NCBI GenBank assembly: GCA_003556385.1
Contig: PWRA01000113.1
Location: 1-49,887 of the forward strand
Reading direction: 5' to 3'
Source of the DNA: Dehalococcoidia bacterium
GTDB taxonomy: Bacteria > Chloroflexota > Dehalococcoidia > GIF9 > AB-539-J10
DNA length: 49,887 nt
Shown here: positions 1 to 9,695 of the stretch, piece by piece
Numbering within the stretch: the first letter of the stretch is position 1
Layout of the letters: each line of letters opens with the position of its first letter
Notes under the pieces: model-generated
Seen by the model: the letters and a program-made list of their open reading frames with translations, nothing else
What the model was told of the DNA's origin: nothing
Database searches by the model: none
Translations under genes and position numbers: made by a program

Positions 1-992
1 AACACAGACGGCGCCTCGGAACAGGACAGATTGGCTGCCATCTCCATAACGCTACGCTCAATAAAGGGATCAATCTCCTCGATAAACAGGATGGTCTGCG
101 ACCTGCCGAGGTGTTTTTGCACGAATTCCTCGGGCAGCGGCCAGACCGTACCCAGTTTCAGGATACCGACCTGGTCTTCCAGTCTCAGTGCCCTCACCGC
201 GTCCCGGGAATAGAGCCAGCAACTACCACTGGTGACAATAAGAAGCTCTGGCGACTCCGGACCGACATACCGGTTGAACGGCGACGATTCGAACCTCTCG
301 CGTGCCCTGTCCATTTTCTGATGTAGCAGCTTATGACGTGGCACACTGGGGATGGGCATGAAGGGCGTTGGCATAACACTCTTGAGGTCATGTGTCTCGT
401 GGAAGTATGCCCTGTGCTGCCTGTGAGGTAGCTCACCTATCGTCACGTTTCCTCTCGCATGTGCAATGCGTGTCACACTGCGCAGCATGCAGATGGTCCC
501 CAGTTCCTCAGCCAGATCAAAGAGCCAGCTGGTCATGTCCTTGGCCTCCTGAAAATCGCCGGGCTCCAACAGGGGGATATCAAACCATTTAGCTATGGGC
601 CGGGTGTCCTGTTCGTTGCCACTCGATATAGCGGCCGGGTCATCACAACTCACCAGAACGAACCCGCCCTTGCCGATGCCGCTCATGACAAGGTTTGCCA
701 GAAAGTCAGAGACCACGTTTACACCATTCTGCTTCATGGCAGTTAGAGCACGAATACCAGCATAGGATGCGCCTGCCGCGGCCTCCATAGCCACCTTCTC
801 ATTTACAGACCACTCGGTGTAAATGCCCACCTTCGCGGCTACGGCTGCCAGGCTGCCCAAAATCTCCGAGGCCGGTGTCCCCGGGTACGCAGCGGCGAAC
901 CCGATTCCGGCCTCAAGGGCTCCGCGCGCTATAGCTTCGTTGCCAATGAAGAGCTGGCTCGTACCGGGGGCATCTATCTCAATACTCGCCAT
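1..992 (-). CDS. iorA: indolepyruvate:ferredoxin oxidoreductase alpha subunit, N-terminal ~330 codons; the 3' end runs off the left edge of the window
   Basis: Absent from the supplied ORF track because there is no stop inside the window. Hand translation of the minus strand from ATG 992-990 (AAGGAGG 8 nt upstream) stays open to position 1. It reads MASIEIDAPGTSQLFIGNEAIARGALEAGIGFAAAYPGTPASEILG...VNEKVAMEAAAGASYAGIRALTAMKQNGVNV...GILKLGTVWPLPEEF. The GNEAIARGA..AG...AAYPGTP N-terminus is typical of IorA/2-oxoacid:Fd oxidoreductases. Confidence 0.8.
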   Translation of the reverse strand, partial: MASIEIDAPGTSQLFIGNEAIARGALEAGIGFAAAYPGTPASEILGSLAAVAAKVGIYTEWSVNEKVAMEAAAGASYAGIRALTAMKQNGVNVVSDFLANLVMSGIGKGGFVLVSCDDPAAISSGNEQDTRPIAKWFDIPLLEPGDFQEAKDMTSWLFDLAEELGTICMLRSVTRIAHARGNVTIGELPHRQHRAYFHETHDLKSVMPTPFMPIPSVPRHKLLHQKMDRARERFESSPFNRYVGPESPELLIVTSGSCWLYSRDAVRALRLEDQVGILKLGTVWPLPEEFVQKHLGRSQTILFIEEIDPFIERSVMEMAANLSCSEAPSV

Positions 993-1033
993 ACCTCTTA
1001 CCTCCTTGAATGCTGTTCACGCGAAGCGGTTCT

Positions 1034-2146
1034 CTAGGTCAGCAATCTGCTTACAATCTCGTCAGGCAGACCCAGATACAGGAGGTCGCTTCTGTCCCCC
1101 GTCCTGGCAATGATCTGGCTCAGGATCCTCCTCTTCTTGTCCCGCATGACCTTCTTCAGATGTGTTTCGTTCTCCTCAGGCAGCGGCCTGGTCTCGAGAG
1201 CGCCTCTTGCTCTGGCACGCTCCACCAGTTCAGCGCCGGCCTCGCTACGCACGATCACGGTATTCCAGCCTCTGAATTTGGCGCGTCCTGAACCCACGGA
1301 GATGTCGGCGAACTCGGCGGTCATATCCCAGCAATAACTGCAGCCTGGACTGATGAACCGTCTGATCTCGTCCAGCTCCACTGATTCCTTGCCCGACTCA
1401 TAGTACACGTCAAACGTGTTGCCCGGGTGATGGGGGATATCAAATTTGACCACCCGTGACAGGTCAAACTTCTCCTGCAAGAACTGGTGAAAGCCACCGG
1501 TCAGCACCCAGCCGCAGAACAGACCTATTACCAGCCTCACATTATCGATATTCATGTCCCGGGCCGCCGGGTATGCCTTCATCTTGCTCACAGCAAAGGT
1601 CTGGCAGGGTAGACCAACGACAGCTAGCTTCTCATTGCTCTCACGCGTGACGCGGTTGAGCCTTTCAAGAACGGGGCTGGGTTCATAGCTATTGCCAGCG
1701 CACTGAAGCAGTTCCTGCCTGCTCCGGGCTACGACGCCCTGGGGGGATTTATCGTCAGCCATTGCTGTCTCAACCACCCCCTCGATAAAACCATCGGCCA
1801 GAGCCACCGCCAACAGGCCTGTTACGGTGCCTCCGTCCTGACCTTTGTGCTGTATCTCCTGGTCTGTTGACCGGGCCAGAAGCGTCTCCCTGACGACACC
1901 TAGTTCATCCGCCTGAAAGGGTACGCCGAACACCTTCTGGCTGACCTCATTTAGATCGGAGTAGGTGCGCGGGCAGTGTCGGTAACACCGCCCATCAGCC
2001 ACAGTGCAGTTATCAAGAAGAGCAACCCGTCCCTTGTAGTGGACGAGGTACGGACAGACGCCTGTACATGCGCCGCACAGTGTGCATAGTCCGGCGTCAA
2101 TAACCTCGTTGAATAGCTCCCGGCAACCCCTGGCCTCGTCACTCAT
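1034..2146 (-). CDS. FrhB/FdhB-family flavo-iron-sulfur protein (coenzyme F420 hydrogenase/dehydrogenase beta-subunit-like), 370 aa
   Basis: ORF 1034..2185 trimmed to ATG 2146 (MSDEARG...), which has GGAAGGAGGGG just upstream. N-terminal ferredoxin-type Cys clusters (CTLCGACTGVCP, CYRHCP). The core QDGG..TGLL....AVVGLPCQ....GLFC....CSYCWD resembles FrhB N/C domains. Confidence 0.7.
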   Translation of the reverse strand: MSDEARGCRELFNEVIDAGLCTLCGACTGVCPYLVHYKGRVALLDNCTVADGRCYRHCPRTYSDLNEVSQKVFGVPFQADELGVVRETLLARSTDQEIQHKGQDGGTVTGLLAVALADGFIEGVVETAMADDKSPQGVVARSRQELLQCAGNSYEPSPVLERLNRVTRESNEKLAVVGLPCQTFAVSKMKAYPAARDMNIDNVRLVIGLFCGWVLTGGFHQFLQEKFDLSRVVKFDIPHHPGNTFDVYYESGKESVELDEIRRFISPGCSYCWDMTAEFADISVGSGRAKFRGWNTVIVRSEAGAELVERARARGALETRPLPEENETHLKKVMRDKKRRILSQIIARTGDRSDLLYLGLPDEIVSRLLT

Positions 2147-2351
2147 GAACCCCTCCTTCCATGGTGCTCGTCTCTGCTTGACCATCGACTCCCATACCCC
2201 ATAAGAATTGGAACGGGCCTATCGACGAATACGAGTCACCCGGCGGGGATAGGGTGACCTTGCGGATAAACACTGTTGAGTTCGTCCTATGCCGCCATAC
2301 AGCGGGCACCAAATGCTACCACAAAGCAAGACTCTTTTCTAATTCGGGCCT

Positions 2352-2729
2352 CTACTTCGTGGCGATGACCTCGATCTCCAGGGGAAAATCGCCCGGGACT
2401 CCTTTCACGGCGATACAGGAACGGGACGGCAGATCCTCACCGAAAAAGGTCCGGTAAACCTCGTTCATGTCGTCGAAGTCCTTCATACTGCGCAGGAAGA
2501 CCGTGACCTTAACAACCCTGTCAAGATCGCTGCCCGTCGACTGAAGCGCCCGCCTCACGTTGCTGAGCGCCAATCGGGTAGCTTCCTTTACGTCGTCGGT
2601 TATCCTGATGTTCCGTTCGGCGTCAATCGGAAGCATACCGGAAACGAACAGAAAACCGCCTGCCTCTACTACGTGCGAATAGGTTCCGCTCTTAACAAGC
2701 CCATCTACGTTGTGGGTAATCCTTTCCAT
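2352..2729 (-). CDS. ridA: RidA/YjgF family reactive-intermediate (enamine/imine) deaminase, 125 aa
   Basis: ORF 2352..2744 trimmed to ATG 2729 (GGAGAGGAG 5 nt upstream; the track start is a TTG). The sequence ...YSHVVEAGGFLFVSGMLP...VKVTVFL.DM.DF..MNEVY..FF....PSRSCIAV..LP....IEIEVIA is a classic YjgF/RidA pattern. Confidence 0.85.
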   Translation of the reverse strand: MERITHNVDGLVKSGTYSHVVEAGGFLFVSGMLPIDAERNIRITDDVKEATRLALSNVRRALQSTGSDLDRVVKVTVFLRSMKDFDDMNEVYRTFFGEDLPSRSCIAVKGVPGDFPLEIEVIATK

Positions 2730-2818
2730 TATTCTCCTCTCCAATCGATCCGCTCAATAGACACTTCTGTGCCGTATCAGTCCGTGTCCGCACCGGTCAT
2801 CATCACCGGTACCTTTGC

Positions 2819-3931
2819 TCATCTCCGTTCCAGACGGTGAGACACCCTCTCTGCGGTTATCTCTAGCCTGGCAGCAATCTCCTTCTCCGACAGACCCTGG
2901 TCATGCAACCTGAATATCTCCCTTGTCTGTTTCGCTTTCTCCTTCTTCCTGTCAGCAATCTCCTCTATGACAGCAACCTCGCCCATCGGCTCTGTGTCTA
3001 TCACCTCTGCCCGCTCCATGCCGGCCAGCACCTCATAACCGAGCTCGGTACGGACCAGCACTGTCGACCAGCCCTCAGGAGCACCATCACTACCCACCGC
3101 GATGTCGGCCACCTCGGCAGCGAAGTCCCTGCACACGAGGCAATGTCTGGGCACACAGCCCTTGACCTCCGTTACAGGGAAGGACACGAGATTCCCGTCG
3201 GTATAGATGTTAAACTCGTCCGAAACGTCCAGCTTGTCTACCTGGTCGATGTCTACACCTTTCGCTGCGAGCCTTTCGACGAGACAACTGTATTGGTAAT
3301 TTTCCCGGCACAACAGTCCGACCGTCAGCTTCACCGGGGACGCCAGAGGCAGGCCTTTGTGCTTCAGATATCTTATAGACTGTATATGACACGGCGAACC
3401 CACGACACAGATGCTTCCGAGGCCTTCATCGACAACGGCCGCGCGCAGCGTCTTCAGCACCGGTACGGGACCGTATCTAGTGCCGGCCGCCTGAATAACC
3501 TCATCCCTGTCCCTGGCAATAGAGGCTCTCGGTGCCCAGCCATCTCCCACAACCAGCAGTGCTCCGTCTATCATGCCACTTCGAAGCCCATAGGTAAGCA
3601 GAGTGGTTATGAAGCCTCCGTCCTGGCAGATCCGGGCGATTTCGGGATCTTTTGTCCTGGCCATCACCGCACGCCTGTATAACCCGACGCTGTCCCTATG
3701 CCCTCGCCCGATAGCTGCGGCCTCGATCTCCTTTATGAGGTTGTGCCTGAGCATATAGCAAGCGTCATAACAGATGCTGCAGCCCACGCAATCCATAGCG
3801 CGTTTGGGGCGGCGCGGCTTGCCGTCGGGGAGCTTTATGTGAGAGCCAGGGCAGGCCGAAACGCACGCCCCGCATACCGTACACTCTCCGGTATCGATGA
3901 TCCTGGACTCTAGGTCTTCATAGCCGGGCAT
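2819..3931 (-). CDS. FrhB/FdhB-family flavo-iron-sulfur protein with a C-terminal helix-turn-helix-like tail, 370 aa
   Basis: Paralog of 1034..2146 with the same length. Cys clusters CTVCGACVSACP and CVGCSICYDAC; core QDGGFITTLL...VVGSPCH...GLLC...CLVCRDF. The last ~45 aa (KQTREIFRLHDQGLSEKEIAARLEITAERVSHRLERR) look like a sigma70-region-4/LuxR-type HTH. Confidence 0.65.
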   Translation of the reverse strand: MPGYEDLESRIIDTGECTVCGACVSACPGSHIKLPDGKPRRPKRAMDCVGCSICYDACYMLRHNLIKEIEAAAIGRGHRDSVGLYRRAVMARTKDPEIARICQDGGFITTLLTYGLRSGMIDGALLVVGDGWAPRASIARDRDEVIQAAGTRYGPVPVLKTLRAAVVDEGLGSICVVGSPCHIQSIRYLKHKGLPLASPVKLTVGLLCRENYQYSCLVERLAAKGVDIDQVDKLDVSDEFNIYTDGNLVSFPVTEVKGCVPRHCLVCRDFAAEVADIAVGSDGAPEGWSTVLVRTELGYEVLAGMERAEVIDTEPMGEVAVIEEIADRKKEKAKQTREIFRLHDQGLSEKEIAARLEITAERVSHRLERR

Positions 3932-3995
3932 ATAGCTAAGTTCTGTCCTCGCCCTGACACCGGGAGATTAACGCCGGCATTGGCGAGGGCCACAT

Positions 3996-5684
3996 TTACT
4001 GGTTTTCCTTCAGTTCACCGCTCGCTTTCATCTTGGCGACCTCCTCCTCCCGCAACTGTCTCTTAAAAAGCTTCAACGTAACCGTAATAGGCAGTTCTTC
4101 TCTAAACTCTACGAACCTGGGCACGGCATAAGCCGGCAGTTTTTCGCGGCAGTGATCAATTATCTCCTGAGCGGTCACTTTTCCTTCGAATTCCTTCTTA
4201 ATCCTGATGAAGGCCTTTATCCTTTCGCTCCCGGCGCGTTCCGGGTCGGGGATACCGATCGCCACCGCATCACCCACGGCAGGGTGCTCATAAAGCGCAT
4301 CGTCGACAAGCCTTGTGTACACCTTCAGGCCGGATATGTTGGCCATGTCCTTGACCCGGTCCGTGATATAGAAATAACCATCCTCCTCCATCTTCACAAT
4401 ATCACCGGTCGGCAACCAGCCATCCACAAGCCCCTTCCCGGGCTCGGGCCAGTAACCGATCATGACCTGTGGCCCACGGACCCATAGTTCGCCCTCACAG
4501 CCAGGAGCGGCCTCGTCCCCCGTGTCCAGGTCGACGATCCTGACATCAGTGTCGGGCAGCGGGATACCTATCGAGCCGAACTTCTCAAAGGGCATGAAGC
4601 CTGTGACCTTGGAGAAAGACGAGAGATTCATATGTGTACCCCCACCGGTCTCAGTCAAACCGTAGGCCTCGGTTATGGGCACGCCCGTCTCTTTCCTGAA
4701 CTTCTGCGCGATTTCGGGCGCCAGAGCCGCCGTCGTCGACACGAACATCGTGGTCAGTCTACCCAGCCCTGCCGCCACCAGTCGCGAATACTGAGTGGGC
4801 ACACATGCACAGAAGAACGGGCGATACTTCATGAGCATCTGCACCAGAGTATCGGTATCCCTCGGGTCGGGCAGCAGATAGCCCTTCAACCCCCAATATA
4901 CGCCGAACTGCATCATCAGATGACCGTAGGCGTGAAACAAAGGTATGGGTATCATGCTCGAAGCCTTCCCCCTGATGCCCACCTTCAACGGCTCATACGA
5001 CCAGGCGGTCTGCACTATGGCAACCACCCGGTTATAATGCGTCAGCATAACTCCCTTGGGCAAGCCGGTCGCACCCCCGGTAAACGGCAGAACGGCCAGG
5101 TCGTTCATGGGATCAATGTCAATCTCGGGAGGTTCGGGCTCATGGCTCGCTATCAGTTCACGGAACGAATAGGCGCCGGGTATCGCCGCGGGCGAGGGCT
5201 CCTGGGCCGAATAGTCCATAACCGAGGTGACTATGATCCTCTTGATCCCGGTCTTCTCCTGTACCGAGTTCACGGTGTCCAGTGACATATCTGTGCAGAT
5301 GACCGTCTCAGCTCCTGATTCGCCGATCTCATATATTAGGTCGGCCGCCCTGTGCATCAAACTACATGGAACATGCGCCGCCCCGGCCTTCATGATCGCA
5401 AAGTCGCTTATCATGAACTGCGGACAATTAGGCAGGACGGTGGCCACCTTATCGCCCTTCTTGACCCCCAGATCGGCCAAAGCCGCAGCCAGGCTGTCGC
5501 TGAGCAACTTCAACTCGCTATAAAGCAATTCTCTTCCCATATAGTGGCAGGCAGCTCTGTCAGGAAACTCGGCCGCAGTGGCATCCAGCAGGCTGTGAAC
5601 CGTCGTCTGGGGATAGGGTTCCCTGGTCTGCGGAAGCTTGTAGGGCCCTAATTTATACTGGTTCAGCCATGGTCTTTCAGTCAT
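3996..5684 (-). CDS. AMP-dependent acyl-CoA synthetase/ligase (adenylate-forming family)
   Basis: ORF 3996..5699. Has the AMP-binding motif LPFTGGATGLPKGVMLTH, later YGLTETGG and GDIV..DEDGYFYITDR.KD. Start is uncertain: GTG 5699 sits directly against the SD, so ATG 5684 is preferred. Confidence 0.85.
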   Translation of the reverse strand: MTERPWLNQYKLGPYKLPQTREPYPQTTVHSLLDATAAEFPDRAACHYMGRELLYSELKLLSDSLAAALADLGVKKGDKVATVLPNCPQFMISDFAIMKAGAAHVPCSLMHRAADLIYEIGESGAETVICTDMSLDTVNSVQEKTGIKRIIVTSVMDYSAQEPSPAAIPGAYSFRELIASHEPEPPEIDIDPMNDLAVLPFTGGATGLPKGVMLTHYNRVVAIVQTAWSYEPLKVGIRGKASSMIPIPLFHAYGHLMMQFGVYWGLKGYLLPDPRDTDTLVQMLMKYRPFFCACVPTQYSRLVAAGLGRLTTMFVSTTAALAPEIAQKFRKETGVPITEAYGLTETGGGTHMNLSSFSKVTGFMPFEKFGSIGIPLPDTDVRIVDLDTGDEAAPGCEGELWVRGPQVMIGYWPEPGKGLVDGWLPTGDIVKMEEDGYFYITDRVKDMANISGLKVYTRLVDDALYEHPAVGDAVAIGIPDPERAGSERIKAFIRIKKEFEGKVTAQEIIDHCREKLPAYAVPRFVEFREELPITVTLKLFKRQLREEEVAKMKASGELKENQ

Positions 5685-5702
5685 AGCACACACATTCACT
5701 CC

Positions 5703-7559
5703 CTATATCTGATCTATAGCATAGTCGAGATTCAACTCCCGGAGCTTCTCCAGCGTGGGCTTGCCCGTCTTCTTATCCCAACCGCGAAACTGGTAATAAG
5801 CATCCAGCGTCTCGTCCAGCTTCTCAACCCGGTGTCCTGCAGCCGCCCCTTCCGGCAGGGGTTCTTCGAGCAAGCGCTTGGGGAGGGTATCATCGGCCCT
5901 TGTCAGTCCGTCCCTGACGCTGAAAGCTCTGGCCAGGTTATAGACCCTCTCGCCGACCTTTCTGAAATCGTCTGCGCCGAACTCCCACCCGACGCAGTCG
6001 GCTATCATGGCAGCCCAATCCTCCGTAGATAATGCCATCCCCATGAACTTGCAGGTCCCCATACAGTCAAAAACGGTGAGAGCATCCTCCAGGTCCTTCA
6101 CCACCTTCGCCTCGGCAGGGTTCTCAACCATGGAGTCTTCGATCCTGCTATCTTCCACGCACATGAAGGGGATGTCGATGAAGGCCGGTCCCTCGACGTA
6201 GGCTGTAATATGGTCCCCGCCGCGATTAGCCGTGGCGAATGCCAGTCCGCATATCTTGGATGCTCTGGGATCATATGCGGGCAGCTCCAGTCCCTTCACA
6301 TGCATGGCGAAGCTCTCTGCACCCCTATCCAGCTTAGCTGCTATCCTCTTTGTTCCTTCCGCCAGCAGGTCGCCAATACCCTCCCTCTTCGCTATCATAT
6401 GTATCAGCTCAATGACGGGGTCCGGGTCACCGAATCTCAGTTCCAGCCCCCCAGTATCTGCCTTCGTCAATATCCCCTTTTCGTAGCACTCCGTGGCGAA
6501 AGCTATGGTGCTGCCGGTGGAGATGACATCCAACCCGTAGTCATCGCAGAGGTTGTGCGCAAGCGTCACAGGCTCCAAATCCTCCAGAGCACACATAGCA
6601 CCAAAGGTACCGATCGTCTCGAACTCCGGACCTTCTCCCTTGCAGGCATACTTACCGCCCCTTACCACGCTGACCCTGCCGCAACTGATGGGACAGGCAT
6701 AACAGTGCTTCCTATCCACCAGCAATGTACCCTCGAGCGTAATCCCGCTTATCTTGTCTATGTCCGGAAAGACGCCGGTCTGCCAGTTCCTGGTGGGAAA
6801 CCCGCCTCTCACATTCACAAGGTCGGTAGTCATGGCCGTGCCGTAAGTCTCTAGAGTGATCTTCAGCATGCTTTCATTGACCAGGTCGTAGTTCCTCCTG
6901 GAGATCTCGGTGAAGGCATCCTGGTCGGCGATCTTGATCTCCTGCGTTCCGCGGGCCGCTGCGGCCTTTAGCCGCTTAGACCCCATTACCATGCCTACCC
7001 CACATCTACCTGCCGCCCTGTGCACATCGTTGATGATGGCTGCATACCTGACCAGATTCTCACCCGCAATGCCGATGCAGGCAACGTTGAAGTCTTCATC
7101 GAGCTCTTCCTTGATGAGCCTGTCCGTCTCAGTGACACCTTTGCCCCAAAGGTGCTTAGCGTCGCGAAGCTCGGCCTTCCCGTCATCGATGACAAGATAC
7201 ACCGGCTCGGGAGATATCCCGCTCACGATAATCCCGTCGAACCCGGAGCTCTTCAGATACACCCCCCAGCTGCCTCCCGAATTCGCCTCGGCCCAGAACC
7301 CGGTCAGAGGCGACTTGGTGACTACGCAGTATCTGCCGGCGCTCGGCGACTCCGTGCCGGTCAGCGGCCCGGTCATGAATATGAGTTCGTTCTCCGGCCC
7401 GAGCGGGTCCGCACCTTTGGGCACCTCGTCGAAGAGGTACCTGGTTGCCAGCCCACTCCCGCCCAGAAACAGCTTGCAGTCATCCTCTCTGATGGCCTCC
7501 TCTGACACCTTGCCATTTGTCAGGTCAACCCTTAAAATCTTGCCCATGTAGCCAAACAT
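5703..7559 (-). CDS. aor: aldehyde:ferredoxin oxidoreductase (tungstopterin AOR family), 618 aa
   Basis: N-terminus MFGYMGKILRVDLTNGKV is the canonical AOR start. Full-length AOR-like sequence with the 4Fe-4S ligand region CYACPISCGR and GGDH motif. AAGGAAGGTG lies upstream of the ATG. Confidence 0.9.
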   Translation of the reverse strand: MFGYMGKILRVDLTNGKVSEEAIREDDCKLFLGGSGLATRYLFDEVPKGADPLGPENELIFMTGPLTGTESPSAGRYCVVTKSPLTGFWAEANSGGSWGVYLKSSGFDGIIVSGISPEPVYLVIDDGKAELRDAKHLWGKGVTETDRLIKEELDEDFNVACIGIAGENLVRYAAIINDVHRAAGRCGVGMVMGSKRLKAAAARGTQEIKIADQDAFTEISRRNYDLVNESMLKITLETYGTAMTTDLVNVRGGFPTRNWQTGVFPDIDKISGITLEGTLLVDRKHCYACPISCGRVSVVRGGKYACKGEGPEFETIGTFGAMCALEDLEPVTLAHNLCDDYGLDVISTGSTIAFATECYEKGILTKADTGGLELRFGDPDPVIELIHMIAKREGIGDLLAEGTKRIAAKLDRGAESFAMHVKGLELPAYDPRASKICGLAFATANRGGDHITAYVEGPAFIDIPFMCVEDSRIEDSMVENPAEAKVVKDLEDALTVFDCMGTCKFMGMALSTEDWAAMIADCVGWEFGADDFRKVGERVYNLARAFSVRDGLTRADDTLPKRLLEEPLPEGAAAGHRVEKLDETLDAYYQFRGWDKKTGKPTLEKLRELNLDYAIDQI

Positions 7560-7603
7560 GTGTGCACCTTCCTTCTTCTTATGCTCGCGTCACCAGCCCT
7601 CCC

Positions 7604-7876
7604 TCACTCCTCAAAATCTCCCCTCAGGGCATCGAACGATACTACCGGATGAACGGATTCAAACGGTGTCTGAGTGAGGGTGAGCACCCGTATCAGTGTC
7701 CTTTCGTCGGGCGCCTCCCACTCGCAGAAGTGTGTCTTCCCGGCAAAGTCGCAGTAACTGGATCTCCAGCACACGCCCTCCGGCGCATAATTGGGAAAAG
7801 CCTTCGCTCTGGCAATCAACTCGTCTCTGGTTAACGGCGCTCTGTGAACAACGATGAAGCGCGGCATCCTGCTCAT
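7604..7876 (-). CDS. small DUF4242-like protein (SCO4226-type), 90 aa
   Basis: Pattern PRFIVVHR...GVCWRSSYCDFAGKTHFCEWEAPDE..LIRV resembles DUF4242. Sits in-operon between the ADH and AOR genes. Confidence 0.55.
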   Translation of the reverse strand: MSRMPRFIVVHRAPLTRDELIARAKAFPNYAPEGVCWRSSYCDFAGKTHFCEWEAPDERTLIRVLTLTQTPFESVHPVVSFDALRGDFEE

Positions 7877-7929
7877 CTCCTTACTGCCTGCCGAAACTCC
7901 CTATAGCCAGAACAGAGGTCCGGCCAACG

Positions 7930-9099
7930 CTAGAAATCTATGCTCCTGCCTTCGTACGTATACCTGAAGAACCTGTCTGTCTCCGCAACATCCGGTATCC
8001 TCGGACTGACGATCAGCGAGCCATCGGCCATGACATTGTCGATCAGCTTATCCATCGCCCTGTCGAAAGCATGCAGGGGAATACCCAACTCCTTAATGCA
8101 AAGAGGCTGGTTGATCTCGCGAGCCAGCTCCCTTATCGTTTGGGCGACAACTGCCGCTGCCGTCCATCCTGCAGGCACTGGTACTCGCATAGCGTGAGCA
8201 ATCTCCACCCACAGCTCTTCAGCAGCTTCACCGACGAATTCGATGGTGTACGGCAGACATAGTCCAACGGCTCTACCGTGCGGGGTGTTGAAGACAGCCC
8301 CCAGGGAATGACCGGCAGCATGGGCCATAGCCGATAGCGCGTTGATGAAGCCTATACCTGCTATACAGGCTGCGTTGTGCATTTTCTCCCTCGCCTCCAT
8401 GTCGTTCCCGTCCCTCACTGCCCTGGGAAGATAGCGGAGAACAAGCTGAAGAGCCTTCATACACAGGCCATCTGTAAAGTCGTTCCTCCACGAACAGATA
8501 TACCCCTCGACCGCATGAGTCAGCGCGTCCATCCCAGTATCCGCCGTTACGTGAGGCGGCATTGCCCTTGCCATTTCCGGGTCAACGATGGCGATGTCGG
8601 GGACGATCTGGCGGTTGATGAGGCTCAGCTTCATATGATCTTCTCTGTCGCTCAGCACCACCGCGAACGTTGCCTCAGCGCCCGTACCTGAAGTCGTCGA
8701 GACGCAAACAAGCTTACACTTACCACCCAACCCCAGGTCCGGCATAAAGGGGTTTATCTCCTCCGGACGCACGTCCGGACTCTCGTAGGCTACCCGCATA
8801 GCCTTGCCAGCATCCATAACCGACCCCCCTCCCACAGACACAATCAAATCCGGCTCGCATGCCTGCATCAAAGACACACCCTTCTGGACTGTTTGGACGG
8901 ACGGGTCGGGCTCAACCTCGTCAAACACGCCCACAGTCTCTGTCCCGGCCAGAGTGAGTTGCTCCCTGACCCTATCAACCAGGCCCAGACCCACAATGTT
9001 CTTGTCGGTGACGATGAAGGCAGACTTAGCCTTCAGCTCGGCCAGATGGCTCATGGCGTCCTGTCCAAAAACCACCAAGGGGGCCACGAAGTACCACAT
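7930..9099 (-). CDS. iron-containing (group III) alcohol dehydrogenase, 389 aa
   Basis: ORF 7930..9126 begins with TTG. ATG 9099 (MWYFVAPLVVFGQ) has GGAGAG 9 nt upstream. Motifs GGGSVMDAGK, DPE....P...TADTGMDALTHA.E and H..AH.LG are typical of Fe-ADH. Confidence 0.85.
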   Translation of the reverse strand: MWYFVAPLVVFGQDAMSHLAELKAKSAFIVTDKNIVGLGLVDRVREQLTLAGTETVGVFDEVEPDPSVQTVQKGVSLMQACEPDLIVSVGGGSVMDAGKAMRVAYESPDVRPEEINPFMPDLGLGGKCKLVCVSTTSGTGAEATFAVVLSDREDHMKLSLINRQIVPDIAIVDPEMARAMPPHVTADTGMDALTHAVEGYICSWRNDFTDGLCMKALQLVLRYLPRAVRDGNDMEAREKMHNAACIAGIGFINALSAMAHAAGHSLGAVFNTPHGRAVGLCLPYTIEFVGEAAEELWVEIAHAMRVPVPAGWTAAAVVAQTIRELAREINQPLCIKELGIPLHAFDRAMDKLIDNVMADGSLIVSPRIPDVAETDRFFRYTYEGRSIDF

Positions 9100-9200
9100 A
9101 ACTACCTGCTCTCCATAAGACGCCAATGCCTGAAGGACAACGTTATGTCAATCAACATCATCGGTTCCAGGCCTACTCCTCGGTGGGGCCCGGCGAAAAT

Positions 9201-9611
9201 CTACTGAGGGAACTCAGTCTCAAAGGCAGTCATGCAGTTTACCAGTTCCACGGCTGCCCTGGGCATCCTCATGATCTGACTCATGTCACCCTGGACCTTG
9301 ATCTTGCCAGTCATCATAGCTTGCACCGGATCCGCTTCCTTGTCCAGGATCCGCTTCATGTTAGTGAAGGGACCGAATATCCGGTACCTCGGAGACTTCT
9401 CGCCTTCATCCTGCACCACCGACGCCTCGCGGCAGTCGCCATGCCACAGGTCGAGGTATATGATATGCCTGCGCTCATATGATGCATCGGGCTCAACTAT
9501 GATGTACAGGTCTCCCTCCCAGTTCTTGGCTGCCTCTTTGTATGCCTTGCTGTTATCCAGCTCACTCTTCAGCCCATCCGCCCATTCCTGAGTTCCGAAC
9601 ATGACGGCCAT
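9201..9611 (-). CDS. SCP2 sterol-carrier-like domain protein, 136 aa
   Basis: The sequence ...DPVQAMMTGKIKVQGDMSQIMRM resembles the C-terminal SCP2 signature. AAGGAGGAG lies 8 nt upstream of the ATG. Confidence 0.65.
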   Translation of the reverse strand: MAVMFGTQEWADGLKSELDNSKAYKEAAKNWEGDLYIIVEPDASYERRHIIYLDLWHGDCREASVVQDEGEKSPRYRIFGPFTNMKRILDKEADPVQAMMTGKIKVQGDMSQIMRMPRAAVELVNCMTAFETEFPQ

Positions 9612-9695
9612 TTCCTAAATCTCCTCCTTAAAGATGACGATTACTGATTATACCATCAACCTCTATGGAGAGGTAACTATTCACAGAGACTCGCG

